Below are positions 41,392 to 56,200 of a stretch of 64,000 bases of DNA, in pieces. A program made the position numbers and the translations under genes. Source of the DNA: Chrysomallon squamiferum (lineage: Eukaryota > Animalia > Mollusca); contig CM022672.1 of the NCBI GenBank assembly GCA_012295275.1, positions 19,778,001 to 19,842,000 of the forward strand, in the 5' to 3' direction. Each line of letters starts with the position of its first letter. Within the stretch, counting starts at the first letter, position 1. The notes below the pieces were generated by a model. The model saw nothing but the letters and a program-made list of their open reading frames with translations. It was not told where the DNA came from and made no database searches.

Positions 41392-41440
41392 TTAAAAATC
41401 GTAGTATAAATAAAAACTGAGAAAAGAAATTTCTTTTTTA
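40790..41440. repeat. Degenerate AT-rich ~30-bp tandem repeat (approximate consensus TGTAAAACTGAGAAAAGAAATTTCAGTTTA)
   Basis: AAAACTGAGAAAA or CTGAGAAA and related GTAAGA[C/T]TGT units recur at ~40911, 41174, 41234, 41325 and 41412. Confidence 0.6.
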
Positions 41441-42608
41441 CGTTATACTAAGAACCGAACTAATCTCACTTTATGCCGTAATGAGAAATGGGCGGATCTT
41501 CAGTTTGTGTGAGGGACCAGGACGATCTGAACTGTGGCAAATCGACTGCGTAACTAAACGTTTCTAAAAAGAATGAAACGTTCCACAGATACACGCAGTA
41601 CGGATCCAGCGAATGACGGCAGTGGTCGATTTCTGCTCTCATTAACAAACAGCGACGAAAATGGCGACTGAACAACGTTAAACGTAATCTTTTTTTTTCT
41701 TCTTCTTCTTCTAGAGATAAGTTAGCGTTGGAATAAAATAAAAAAAATAAAAATGTTTACTGTGAACTATTGGTTCCGAAGCCGTTGAATAAACTGTATG
41801 TATTGGATAGTTCAATACTAAGCAGATACGAAATATAAAAAAATAGAACTTATGTTTTATTTGCATATCTTTTTCAGTTTTTAACTATTTATATATAGAC
41901 ATATATATTTGTTTTGTGTGTTTATTTATTTATTTATTTATTTTCTTTGATACTAAAGCACTTTCCTATCATACCATAATGTTATTTATTATTCCGTTAT
42001 CTTTGCCTTTCCTAGGATTTCTCTTCAAAACTCTTCTAATCGGTGGACAAATTGGAAAATTACGTTTCGATTATGCGCAGTATAAAAAATATATACTTTA
42101 ACGAAACAGACGCAGCCATATATAAATGTACTTTTATAATAATGATTTATAAAATTAAAAAAAAAAACGGAATCTACTGAAATGAAAGGTTTATTTTTTA
42201 TTCTTATTTTACTTCATTTTATTTTTGGATTTTATCTATAATAAAGTTAATGCTGGATCTCCAAAATAGAGGAAGAGTGAAACTATTTTAAAATCTCATT
42301 AGAAATACAGGTTAAAACGCAAAGAAAGAATGAAAGAAGAAAAAAAAGGAATGAAAGGAGGAAACCAGAAAGCTATAAAGAAAAAAAAAAAAAGAGACAG
42401 AAAGAAAGAAAGATGAAAGGAGAAAAACAAAAGATATTCTAAAGAAAGAAAAAGTAAACAACGGTATAGTTACATTTTAATAAAAACCTAACTGTCCAAC
42501 ACGTTATTGGTGGCTGATACATGCATGTATCTGAAGTGTGTGTTTCTGTGTATATGTATGAGTGCCTGTGTGTGTATATGTGTGTATATGTGCGTGTGTG
42601 TGTGAGTG

Positions 42609-42610
<2 letters not shown>

Positions 42611-42682
<72 letters not shown>
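42611..42682. repeat. (TG)n microsatellite
   Basis: Direct reading. Confidence 0.95.
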
Positions 42683-42683
<1 letters not shown>

Positions 42684-43566
42684 CTTATAACATTTTAAAA
42701 TGTAATAAAAGTAGAGACATAAACAACTAAATCCTCTTGTGAGTTCTGTTCTGTTTAACTAATTATTATTATTATTAAAAAATTTTTAAATATAATCGAG
42801 AAAAGGATTAAATCTGAGTTCCTGCTGCGTTTTTTTTTTTTTTTCTTGCTTTTAAGAATTAAAGGATAATGGGAAAGATTTGTCTTACAATATTATCGTT
42901 GAAGAGACACAAAAATCAAACGTCCTTGTTTGTACTAACTCATTTACTCGTGTTGCTACTATCTACTTACTACTATTACTACAACAACTATTATTGCTGC
43001 CGTTGAAGATGATGATGATGATGATGATGATATGGCTTTAGTACCTGATCATTTATCCTGAAAGTTTAGGACCCGTTTTCTGTATCGAAGCTTTTTATCA
43101 TAGAGACAATGCGAATAAAATATATAATAACAACTGTATTTAACAGTTATATATCTAATATATTATATTTTATATATATATATATATAATTAAACTGTAG
43201 TATCTGTTATCACGGTAAGTTGCTGTATTGAATTCCATCGCCGCCAGACACAAGTAAACAATTACAAGGCCTCACAAATATATTTTACCTTCAAGGTATG
43301 TTCTTTAATTAAAAAAAATCTGTAATAATGAATTCTAATATACGGAATATTAATAAAATCAGTGCCTGAAGAGAACGTGTTCTTTGTTAGAAACATCGTG
43401 ATTAATGGTAATATGCTTTTTTGTGAGTGTGTAAATGAGTATGTAATTTTCTAACCGTGATTTTGTTTTGTTTGTTGTTTGTTTTGTGTGTTTTTTTGTA
43501 TATTTTTTGAATAATTTTGTTTTCATACTTTCTTTGTTTCTGTATTTATTCATTTATGTATATATG

Positions 43567-43597
<31 letters not shown>

Positions 43598-43804
43598 GTT
43601 TTGTGTGACTAGATTTTTCTTTAAATTATTTATCTGTTTCTGTCTTTCGTTTTACATTACGTAATACTGAGCAGATTCGTTTTTGACTTTATTAATTATT
43701 TATTTCATGCATGCGTGTATTGAATATTATATTTATTTTACATTTGTGTATATGCTTGTGTATGTATGTATGTATATAGTGTATGACTGAATACTTTCTG
43801 ACTT

Positions 43805-43892
43805 ACGTACGACTGATCAGACAATATTCGGGAACGCACTGGAACAGCAGGACAAAGTCCAGTCACGACCTCACAAACCCCATCAGATACAG
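43805..43892. mobile_element. Short dispersed repeat, copy C (truncated, SINE-like)
   Basis: CTGATCAGACAATATTC...GGAACGCA...AGGACAAAGTCCAGTCACGACCTCACAAA...TCAGATAC, followed by (TATG)n. Confidence 0.6.
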
Positions 43893-44857
43893 TATGTATG
43901 TACGTGTACGTATGTATGTATCTATGTATGATGTAAATATCTATGTATGTATGTATGTATGTATGTATGTATTTATCTATGTATGTATGTATCTATGTAT
44001 GTATGTACGAATGTATGTATGTATGTATTATGTACATGTATGTATGTATGTGTGTAATGTATGTGTATGTATGTATGTATGTTTGTATGTATATACACAC
44101 GTATATGTGAGTGTTTATCTATCTATGTAATCTATCTATTTATCTATCTACATATCTATATAAATGGAAATAAATGCAGGCATCCATCCAATTGTTTTTT
44201 GTTGTCATCAGCTTCCACGTCGTCGTCGTCGTCATCAGATTTTAGCAGAATTAGCAGAGGCCTGCGTGACTTCCTCTTTGCGACAGACAGCAGTGAACTC
44301 TGATACTGTCTGGCGAATTGATAATAACCGAGGTATAATGAAGTAAATCAAACTAATTATAATAATATAATAATTAAAGATGTGGGCTGTATTTTTGTCT
44401 CCGTATGATGTAGTTCTTAATGCTGTCGTCACTCGCTGGTCAACCCCCTGTAGGTTCAACGACAAGTTTATAATAAACCTTTAGCATCATAAACAGTATT
44501 TACTTCAGATCAGTTAAATACACGACTCTTTGATATTTTGAATTACTATTATTATTATTAGCCGTCTGGTGAATGTAGCGATACTGTATAAATAATATTA
44601 TGACATACGCACCATGAATTTTATTTCTTGTTATTTTTCTGGAATATTAAAAATATTTTTATTTTAAGAAAAAAAAATTGGACGAAGAAGTAGTATATAA
44701 AATATAAATTCCAGTCTAAAGTTTGGTGTACAGTTTTTTTTTTTGTTTTTTTTTTCCCCAGAGTGTTAAAAACAAGAAAATTAAATACATAGCAATTATG
44801 TTTACAGGAAACTCACTGGACGCTACTAACGTTCTGAATTTTTTTTTTATTTATTTA

Positions 44858-44906
<49 letters not shown>

Positions 44907-45257
44907 TGTTGTTGTTGTTACTGGGGCTTGTCTTGTAGTTGTGTTTTTTTTTTTTTTGATAAAACATTCAGTTTTTATTAATAATATTTTCTTTTCTTTT
45001 TCTAATTTGCACATATTTTTTCCCTTTATTTTTATTCTGTTATTATTGTTGCAACATGCGAATGCAGAGATCTATGTGAACAATGAAACATAAAACCATC
45101 TTTTATTTATATTTAATATTTTTAAAATAATTAATTTTTTTTAACCAATAAGTTTGATCTGCTTCATTATTGCTCAATTATTATTAGTTTGCATGAACAA
45201 ATACACTCATATACACATACAATTTACACACACACACACATTTACCTTTAAATTTAA

Positions 45258-45307
<50 letters not shown>

Positions 45308-45584
45308 TTACACACACATATACATAAAAAATCATCAGAAATTTAAGTCACAAAAACAGGAGCTTTTCAGGCTTTGGAATTTCGTATAACCAAAGATTAG
45401 TTATGAAATAATATTCATACAGAAGAAAAAAAAGCACCACAATACTTTCAAGAGCCCGAGAGAAACCAGTGAAGTACAAACCCATAAAACATTCAATGAT
45501 CATATAAACACAAAATTATCTCGTCATCTCTTTCCACGTACACAAAACTGCACATAATTGTAATAACTTCTAAGCTTTTAATTA

Positions 45585-45586
45585 TA

Positions 45587-45621
<35 letters not shown>

Positions 45622-45660
45622 TTATTATTATTATTATTTTATTATTATTTTATTATTATT

Positions 45661-45756
<96 letters not shown>

Positions 45757-45771
45757 TATTATTATTATTAT
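45585..45771. repeat. Long imperfect (TTA)n/(TCATTA)n microsatellite
   Basis: Direct reading. Confidence 0.93.
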
Positions 45772-47969
45772 CTGTATCTATGTCTAAATCATCGATCCGT
45801 TAATATTTGAAAACTACAGCCAGCTATAAAAAGAAAACAGAAACACGCTGACTCTTACGGTTTTAATGTATGTATTGTGTATGTGTGTGTGTAAATGTGT
45901 ATTGGCGGTTATTAAGTATTTATGATGGTACGATTCCTTTCTGTTACAAATTATAACTCACGACCGATCTAGACACACGGAGATTTTAATATGCAAGTGT
46001 TATCATTGTAGATTCTTTTAAAATGCGTCAAGAGACGAGTCGCAATAAGCAGTATTAATAATATGGCAAAGAAGCCTTAATCATTAGTGCATTGTAACGT
46101 GAAGGTAAATGTGTATGTATATATGCATGTATTTGTTATTGTGTATGTGTATCTGAATGAATATGTGTATCGATACATAAATGCATTCATTCATTTTTAG
46201 GTATATATATAAAATACAAACAAATGTTTGTACATATAACTCACAGACATATGCACAAAGATTATATACATACATTTTTACATATCATGTATATATCATA
46301 CATAATACGTGTATACTTACATACATACATATGTATATACATTCACAGTCACACACGTACGTACATACATCCGTATATAGACACAGACACACACTCACAC
46401 ACGAACACACACACACACACCGTATTTACATAGCTGAAAAGAACCACTAGTTTCAGTCAGTTGTTCCCATAATTAGATTTTCAATAACACACTCGCTTTC
46501 TTAAAGGAACATTTACATATTAAATTTAACATCATTCAAGGCATCCAGCATCGACTTTTCATCAAGAAAAAGAGAGAAAGAAAAAAAGGTCAAAAACATG
46601 TACAATTACATTACTGTTGTTCAGATCTCAATCAATAACACAAAAGTACTACGACAGTACCAAAATGGCCTTTAATTTCTACAGCAAACCCTCGAAACTG
46701 TGAGAAGTTGTTATCAGGAGATTTCACGTGAACGTCGACTCTCGACAGCGTCCTTCTCACTCGAGCAGACAGCAGCCTCCACTCAGAGGACTGGGCCATT
46801 ATGACACATCGTCAATACGTCAGACGTACACGACAGCGGCATCAGACTGGCAATATTAACTCCGTTTCAAGCGTCTGTGATTTTCGAGGTAAAGCATAAA
46901 AATGTAGGTTCTTTCGAGATTGAAAAAAAAAAAAAAAAATAAAAATAAAAAAAAGGGAAAAAAATATTATAAAAAGAAGGAAATAAAGAAAAGAAAAAGA
47001 AGATATACGTGTATTGGAGTGGAAAAAATGATTTCCGATTTAGTAGATAATTTTGTTATTCTCTAATGAGCGAAATTTATCTTTTTGGTATCATGTTGTG
47101 TTTTTTTGTTTTTTTTAATGTTTTCTTTATTATTATTATTTTTATTATTTATATTTTTTTATATTTTTATATGACGATTGTTATTTATTTCTTTCATTAT
47201 TATTATTAGTAGTAGTAGTAGTAATAGTAGTAGTAGTAGAAGCAATAGTAGTAGTATCATCATCATCATCTTCAGTTTCTGTATTCTCGCTTTTGTTTTC
47301 CTGTAACAAAATCATGAATAAAAGCAAATTACAGAAGCCTTCGTGACAAACAGTGAAGGCCACTTAGTCCTAAGCAGACAACTTTCATCGTAGTTTTTAT
47401 GAATAGCTCAATCCTGGCGATATTTCCACTGACCACGAACCCAATTAACCATGTAGTACTTTTAACTGTTTTACGAAAGTCCCATGCTTTTACCAGTACT
47501 TCCAAATGTGCATTTATGGTTTAGTAAAGAGATTTTCTTTTTACAAGCGCTCGTGTCCCTAATTCGGACAATAATTGGTCAGTTTCAGAACGGAAGCTCT
47601 TACTGAAGTTTCTGTCTTTCTGCATAGTGTTATTGTTTTAGTTTAATTGATGGAGAAACGCTAACGATAGAAGTGAGTCCTCGAGCAGTTATAACTGTTA
47701 TAAAGACATCGGTTTGTACGTGTTTAATAAATGTTTCTTTCTCGTTTATTTTGTTGATAGCTGATGCAAAATCAGAGTCCTAATGTATTGTATATGAGTC
47801 CCGTGTTTGAATGGATTTGTACAAAGGAGGAGATATGATTAAGATATTGCATTAAATAAAAAAACATACTTTATCAAGTTAAATAATAATAATGAACATA
47901 ACAGAATTATCTAACAGTTGTTTATATTAAAATATTTCTGAAGCCTTATTTCTTCTATCTTTTCCTGCC

Positions 47970-48118
<149 letters not shown>

Positions 48119-50119
48119 CTCTCTCTTCCTTTTTGTCTCTCCGCCATTTTTCCTATGATCACTTTTTAAACCATCCATCCATCTCTTTCTCTCCCGTCCA
48201 ATTAACATTATTTTAGCTACGTCGATTTAAATTCTCTTTGGAATATTTTCCCAAAACAGTTTCTTTAACAAACAAACAAAAACGCTTCTACATTTCAGCA
48301 GATCGATACATGTCAGTGTCTGCGCTTCAGACCAGTGATATAGTAAAACCCCGCAAGATAAAGGGCTGAAATTATCAACTGGTTACGTCATAAAACACGA
48401 CAGTTGCTCCAACGCGAGATGAGCGACGGCTGTCGTTGAGGCAGTAAAGATTAAAATTCCCACCAACATCTTTTAACTTAAAACTTTTCAGCAGTTCCGA
48501 AATCGTCGAAGCTTGCTCGAAGCTCCACCGGTTTCAAAGATCGTGACACGTCAGGCAAATGAAACATTACGCACTGCAGTAAAAGTGAATCATTTCGGAA
48601 TTACTCGACACTGGAGAATGATGATGATGGGCGATGAAAAAACAACAAAATGATAAATGAAAATTTGATGAATCCATCAAGCTGCCTGGGACAAGGTGAC
48701 ATTCTGAATCCTGACAGACTGGGTTGGATTGCACCAAGATGTGTTATACAAGAAAGCTGGTACAGTTAAAAACCAACCAACTAATTAATTAACTAACTAA
48801 CTAACTTACCATTTAACAAACAAACAAACAAATAAATAAATAATGAAGTCAGTTTTGATGATATCACTAGATTATGATTATAGAAGTTTAAATAGAGCAA
48901 TCCTTGATTGATACCTTCTGGTATATTTTAACAAGATTCACAGGATACCGAAGAAAAGATAGATTTTTTAAATGTAAAAATGAATTCGAAGAATCGCCTA
49001 AATAATGCAATTGTTATGTGTTAGATACAATGTCCCCTATGATGTTGACCAATATCCCCAGTGTAAAAAAAAACCCATCTAAATTTAGTTTTGTCCATTA
49101 GCAGAGATTAAGTCTGATATCGTTTCACAGACTAGCAGTTGACTTCTTTAAACAGAAACTAACACAAATGTTATTTTGTTATTAGATTTGAAACCTACGC
49201 TTATAAAGTTAAATTTACATTCATTTTTTTCCCCCACTATTATTGCGTTACATGTAGTAATAAAAAGACACAGCAGTGAAATACAACCAGCGAAAATCAA
49301 ACCTATTCAGGCGACACAAACACAGCATAATTTGTAAGTTTAACACACACTGCACAATTACTCTGAAAAACGTGTAAAATATCTTTAATGGTTTTTAAGT
49401 GCACAACGAACAGATGCTGCGAACGTTACCCAATTTCTGTTTTCCTATCCTAATTTTGTTTCAACCACGATTCATTTGTCCTCGCGGGCCATCAGAGGGC
49501 CACGATAAAGCAAAGACACGACAAAGAACGTGGAAAGCATGCTTTAAGCAATCTGATCCTAATTGCTGCTGACTTAAATTTACAACACCTCGTATTTGCT
49601 TTTGCTAACAAAATTCTCAACGTATTTGAACGTTTCATCCTAGAGCTTCTCGTCATTCACTTCTTGTGAACGACTCCCGTGACAGAACCCGCCAGTTGTT
49701 TGACAATGGCTAACAGGAGATGAAAGACTGGTATTCAATCTCAGTTCACAAAGCAGCGGAACGGTTTGGGGAACAACGCAAACCCGAGTGCATGCAAATG
49801 ATGCAAACGTATTTTGATAAGTTGTGTAATGTGAGATTAAATAAAAGGTGGTCGGGTTTGGTAGCTTCTGATATTGATAATGTTGCCCTGTCATTAGAGT
49901 GCAGCAAACAATAAAAAATATTGCAATCAGTCTGAAACTGTCTCTGAGGACTGCACCACTTCTAACTGATTAGAGAGTGACAGACAGACATAGGCAAATA
50001 TAAAACACTTACACACACACGCATATATACATTCATATATAAACACTGATAGTGTACAAATATGCAGATAAAAGATGCAAATAAGGTGTTTTGTTTGTAA
50101 ATATGCATATTTTGTTATG

Positions 50120-50122
<3 letters not shown>

Positions 50123-50214
<92 letters not shown>

Positions 50215-50223
50215 CACACACAC
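50123..50223. repeat. Compound (CT)n(CA)n microsatellite
   Basis: Direct reading. Confidence 0.95.
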
Positions 50224-50258
50224 GTCAGATATTTACTTTAAAATTTGTACAATACTTC

Positions 50259-50289
<31 letters not shown>

Positions 50290-50911
50290 GAAACAGAAAG
50301 AAGAAATAAAGAAGAACGAAAAACGAAAGAGAAAAAAATGAAATAATTAATTTACCATGATTTTCTCCTGAAATGAACATGATTTCTGTGATTGTCTTAT
50401 TTTAAATGAAATTCGTTTCAAGAGTCACGAAAACCCCGTAACTGATAATAAAATCTGGGAAGTCGTGTATTTCCGTGACAATGAGTCTCTTTCATAGAGA
50501 TTATTTACATTACGTGCTGCTAAAGAAAAAAAAAAAAAAAACATAAATGAAGTGGTAGAGTTCGTTACATTATTCAGTCAGGAAGTAATCATTCATTCAG
50601 ACCAGTCAGTATACAAAGATAAGGCGACTTGGTAAATCGAGACTAAATATTTGTATTATTATTATTATTATTATTATTACTGATCCTACTACCACTACTA
50701 TTACTACTACTACAATCATCTCTACTACACTACTACAGTTGCTGCTTCTACTACTATTAGTATCATCATTATCTACGACATCATCGTCGTCGTCGTCGTC
50801 ATAATAATAAATAGCATCATCATTGCATCATCATTATATATATTTACGGGCATTACATTTATTAATGTTATTGTTTTTATATCTTTTGTTCTTAATGCTG
50901 CTATTGTAGTC

Positions 50912-50943
<32 letters not shown>

Positions 50944-51372
50944 TTAACTTTGGTTTCTTGAAATTCTTCTCAAACTTCTAATAATATCTGCCTTCCGTTA
51001 TGACTTAAAAGCAATTTCAGCTTATTGCTGATATTTCAGCATTACAATGGTTCTAAACAGCAATCTAAAGCGTCATATAAAAAACATGCAGATAGGGCGT
51101 TTTCTCAGTCAATATGATTGATTGACATTCGCCAAACACTGAACACAGGACTCAGTAAGGTAAAGAAGAAAATGTTCTTTCAAATTTGAGCAAAGGCAAA
51201 ATTCTTGTGTTTTTATCTGTGTCAAATTTCTAGCCAAACAATCCCTGTTGTTCTTAGCCAAAGTGTCTCCAGATACTCATATACCAAATGCTGTATGTAC
51301 ATTTATTTAGAAATGAGTATACACTTTCATTAACACATACAAACACTCATTCACAGAAGCAACCAAAAACAG

Positions 51373-51406
<34 letters not shown>

Positions 51407-52046
51407 TACAAATACATCCAAATCTAAGTTCATTGCTTCGCTGTTTTCCCAAACCATGACGTGCTAAAACCCATAATTATACGGAAGTGCATTAGTTCTG
51501 ATCAAATTAATTGTGATACCATTCAACGATTTAAATGTTCGAATTCGCGACTTGCGGAGTCAATAGAAATTCAACAGGGCAAACAGAACGTCGACCTAAG
51601 ATGGGATGTTGACATTTGTCCATCTGTCAGAGATAAGATGTTTGATAACAGATTATTTTGTCCATTTGAACTGTAATAAGTATAAGCTGTCAAATAACAC
51701 AATTATTACAACTATCAGATCGTGAAGGATATCATCCATCCATCTGTCTGTATTGAATTTCTGATGTCTGTCAGAATGTGTTTAATTATTTTTGTTGCTG
51801 TTGTTACTCTTGTTAATGATGTGGTTCTGTTTGAGACATACGGGAATGTTGTGATTTCGTATGTTTGTTTGTTTTGTTGTTTTTGTTTCTTTAGTTTATA
51901 AAGATAACAGAGAATCGTATTTTTATTATCACTGCTAATCGTTAAACATTGTTGTAGAACGATAGAAGCCGGTCCATTCCCTCCTGTTACCATTGTAAAA
52001 ACAACAACAAGAGCAACAAAAAACATTATGCTAAATTCTAATCATT

Positions 52047-52047
<1 letters not shown>

Positions 52048-52133
<86 letters not shown>
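52048..52133. repeat. Compound (AAT)n(GAT)n microsatellite
   Basis: Direct reading. Confidence 0.95.
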
Positions 52134-52135
<2 letters not shown>

Positions 52136-52904
52136 ACCAGAATAAATTTTATATATATATATATATTAACGTTTTGGAAATCTCATAAAATAAATATTAA
52201 TTCTTCCCTGTTTTGTACAAACGGTGAATCACTAATTTGATGCACCTTTCATTTTGCTCCGAGTTGCGTGCTTCAGGAGAAAACTCTATTTCCCGTTAAA
52301 GTAATTGCGTGGGTTCAGAAATAGAATCAAGTTTAGCAAATCGTGTCTGATAACATGATGAGATCGGATAAGAAAAAAAAATGGTTCTAAATAAATAAGA
52401 GAGCAATGTAAAAGACTTTCATTTATACCAAAACTGCACGACAAAGAAACAACTTTCCCGCTGCCTCTTAAACAGAAACAAACACATCTCGTTAACACAA
52501 GAAATCCGATTTCGATTTATTTTATCCGATTAATCAACTGTCCCAGTTTCTAATCAGTCGATGAATCGATATATATATATATATATATATGACTCGTATA
52601 ACTTAGATATATGTTATTACTGTCATCTGGGGTACACTCGTTTTTAAACGATTAGCCAATAATCATCATATTTATGTTTCCATTCCAGTCTTCAGAACCA
52701 CAGCAGAATCACTTGGATATTGGTTAAGCCTTCGGCCTTAAGATACGGCAACTAGAATCGAATTATGGTGCAGGATTTTTTTTGGCGAGGTTTTTTCATT
52801 GTTATACCTACTCTTTTCTTTTAAAATGTCATATCAAACATTCCTGGCTTTTGCTGCGTACGTTCATGACAGAGGTAACTGAAACTTAATGTCATATCAC
52901 CATG

Positions 52905-53232
52905 TATTTATATTGATCATTTCAGCAGTAACGATTTTGACCTTCCCTATACCTCTGTTGACAACTGCATCAATAATAATGTTTGAACTTCCATGTACCT
53001 ATATTATCCAGCACTGCAGTAATATTTTTTACCATCTCTGCACCTACATTGATCACTGCAACAGTAATAATGTTTACCTTCACTTTAACAGTAACAATGT
53101 TTACCTTCACTTTAACAGTAACAGTTAGGACTTTCCCCGAATCTATATTCACCACTTCAGCAGTAATAGTTTTGACTTTCCTTGTGTCTATTCTGACCAT
53201 TAGAGCAGTAATAATTTTGGTTTTCCCCTTAC
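52905..53232. repeat. Degenerate ~45-bp tandem repeat with two 27-bp truncated units
   Basis: A CAGTAA-anchored unit (e.g. TTCAGCAGTAATAGTTTTGACTTTCC...) recurs at about 45-bp spacing, with a near-exact 27-bp duplication AACAGTAA[T/C]AATGTTTACCTTCACTTT. Confidence 0.7.
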
Positions 53233-56200
53233 GTAACAATGAAAAAACACACGTGTATCATATCGCATTTCCACCTGTCCACTATTATGACTCTGTATCA
53301 TCTACCTTTATCGTAGCCGAAATGTTTGTTGTGAAATGAAGATAACCACATCGATAATGAAGAGAATAAGTGGTAATCTAATTATATTTCAAGCAAATTA
53401 ATTAATATTGTTTCCTTTTTCGTACTGAAAGATAATATAATATTCTTTAGCGAGATTAGAATTATGTTTATGTATATATTATATATGTACAGCTAATGAA
53501 ATTTGCAACCAATTATTTCTAGATATAAATATACTAGTCTACTGCTACTGAAATTGAGGAAATGTTTTAAACTATAAAAATATATAATTCATTCTACTGT
53601 AATGGCGAGTCTATGAACATGCAAATGTAATTGCTATTTTTTTTTTCTTTCTGTTAATGGGGTTTTTTTTTTTTGTTTTTTTATATAGCACTGTAATACG
53701 TTAAAGCAACCCTTCTGAAAAATGACGAACGGTTCAGCTAAAGGTGAATGAAACTAGAGGCAGTGATAGGAAAAAATATCAATATAAAATAAAGCCTCCG
53801 TCTTACTCTTAATAACCACTATTCTCATAATGTCGTTAAATAGTCATTATTTTGAGACAGTCGTTAAATATTAAACAAGTGATGATGGATACTATGAACT
53901 GATTCCTATTCATTTTATCATGTCTACTTCTGAAATCTGATCGGAAATGCGACTGGACATTTAAAGCTTTATTAAGTAATAAATGATACGAACACTGTCT
54001 CAAGTAAGCAGTAAGCAGCAATTTAAAAACGTAGCACATAGTTTTGGAAATATTTATGGCTTTTTAAATGGAGATGATATACTTAATTTATTTTTGTAAA
54101 ATAATATTCTAAAATTTTGGTGTATGAAAAAATGCTCTATTTTAGAAATTCTCTTTGTGACTAACGTTGTCGTTTTATCGTTGCAATTCCACATAAAAGC
54201 CCTTTAAAAACTTTATTTATTAGAATTTCAGTACAATGTGGTGGTTTTGTTATCGCCTTTTTTTTACAGTTTTTATTTTTTATTTTTTTTAACCGAATAC
54301 TCTGTCACCATGTTTGTAAGGATATTATTCAATTTTTACGTCAACGTAACATCTCTGATTTAACGCATTACTTCTACAAAAAAAAACTCGGGAAACTAAA
54401 TAAAACGTAATTTAATGCAAGAGTAAGACACTGTCGCCTATAATTCAACAATCACAGAGTTATATGATTCTGTTTGACTTACTGTGGCCCAGCCAATCGA
54501 TTAAAGCCTTCTAACAGCTTCACCATGTTTTGTTTGAGTCGCAATCAGTCTTGGAAATTCGGCGTCAAGAGGTTTCGACGCTCCGCCCTGCCCCGATCTA
54601 TGAGCACCTAACGCTGTGTGAACTCGAGAGAAAAACAAACTATGGATCTCTAACGTAACTGAGGCTCATTCCTCGTCGACAAATTAAAGCAAATATTTGT
54701 TTACACTTTGTTTATTTGTGCGTATGTATCTATCTACGTATGTATGTATCAATGAATGTTCGTCTTAGGTTCGTTTAACAAGTCTCCAGTAACCGGAATT
54801 CCCTGATGTTTTATTTATTTCCTTCGTTGTTAGTTTCCTCATTTCAGCTCCTTTCTTTTTTTTTTTTTTTTCTTTTTCCCCCACATCTCGAAATCACAAA
54901 CCCGTAACACCAACGAGAAACTGCAATTAACAGATAGCCAAAAGCCGCAGGCCCTCAGAGGTTCAACGTTCTGATGAATCGTGTTATTACTGCGATTTTA
55001 GACAAGCAAACAGAAAACTGTTTGTAATTCTGTTGCCCACTGCTACCTCTATTAATAGCTAATGAGTGAATTAATAAACAAGAAAGTCGAAGCATTCTGC
55101 CTTGCATCTTTCATCTCAGCTGTTGGTTTATGGCATCTTTCATTATTTAAGCAAAACCGATTTCACTTTCCTCTTATAATACAATAAACAAAGATATCGA
55201 TGTATATTATGGACACAGTATATTAGAACAGTTTTGCGTGTATGAGTCTGCCTATATGTCTATGCATGTCCATGCTATATTTCATCTCAAATTTCTTTTT
55301 GTTGTATCAATAATAATGCCAGCAAATAATCATACTGATCCAGAAAGAAAGTATAGATGTGCGAGCGTGTGTGTGTATGTGTGTGCGTTTCTGTATGTGT
55401 ATAAATGTTTGTATTGTAAAATTAATTAATAAATACGAACACTGTTTGTTTTTGTTTTATTCTGTTGTTGTTTTTTATTCTTATACTATGAAAAATGCAT
55501 TTTGTCTTGTATAATCCCACACCATGTCATTCATTATATACGAAACTGTTGTTTATACATTCCAACCGACTCTCTGTTCATCTGTCTTTACATTCGTTTG
55601 CTCACCACTTTCTCTAAAGGATCGATACATTTTGCATATTTCTGTTTAATATCATTTCCTTACCTAAAAAAAAAGATTAACTTTACTTAATACTGATAGA
55701 AAAACATATAAATATTTACGCTGATATGTATATAAATACACAGACAGATTAATAGCATGTAGAAAGAAATAGAGACAAAAAGCCATGTAAGCTTGCAGAG
55801 AGTCATACAGAAACGATATATTAATGTCTATAATTTTAAAATAATGATGTTCAACAAGTAAATGTAATACAACCAAAACTGATAACCGAATTCATTTTTG
55901 AAATATTATGGACAAATGTTAGAGACTTTAGCTTATTATATACATAACGATTATTTCTGTTATTTATGAAAAAGTTATTTTCAGTTCTCATATGTGTGTG
56001 TGTGGATATATAAATTAATTGGATGGCTGTGGATTACATTCTTTATTGGTATTAGCTTTCTTTCTTTTTTACAGTTTTTTCTCTGACTACAGTAAATACA
56101 AGGGAATAGAAGTCAAGAATGACGTCTAAAAAATTAGTTATCTGTATTTACCAGGAATTACTGATAGATCAGTAAATTCTTAAAGGGTTTATCTTTTTAT

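Noticed and set aside
56155-56179. Short inverted repeats such as GAATTACTGAT-AG-ATCAGTAAATTC, and others near 24748, 28731 and 47686
   Set aside because: They are too short and AT-rich to support a miRNA or other structured RNA.
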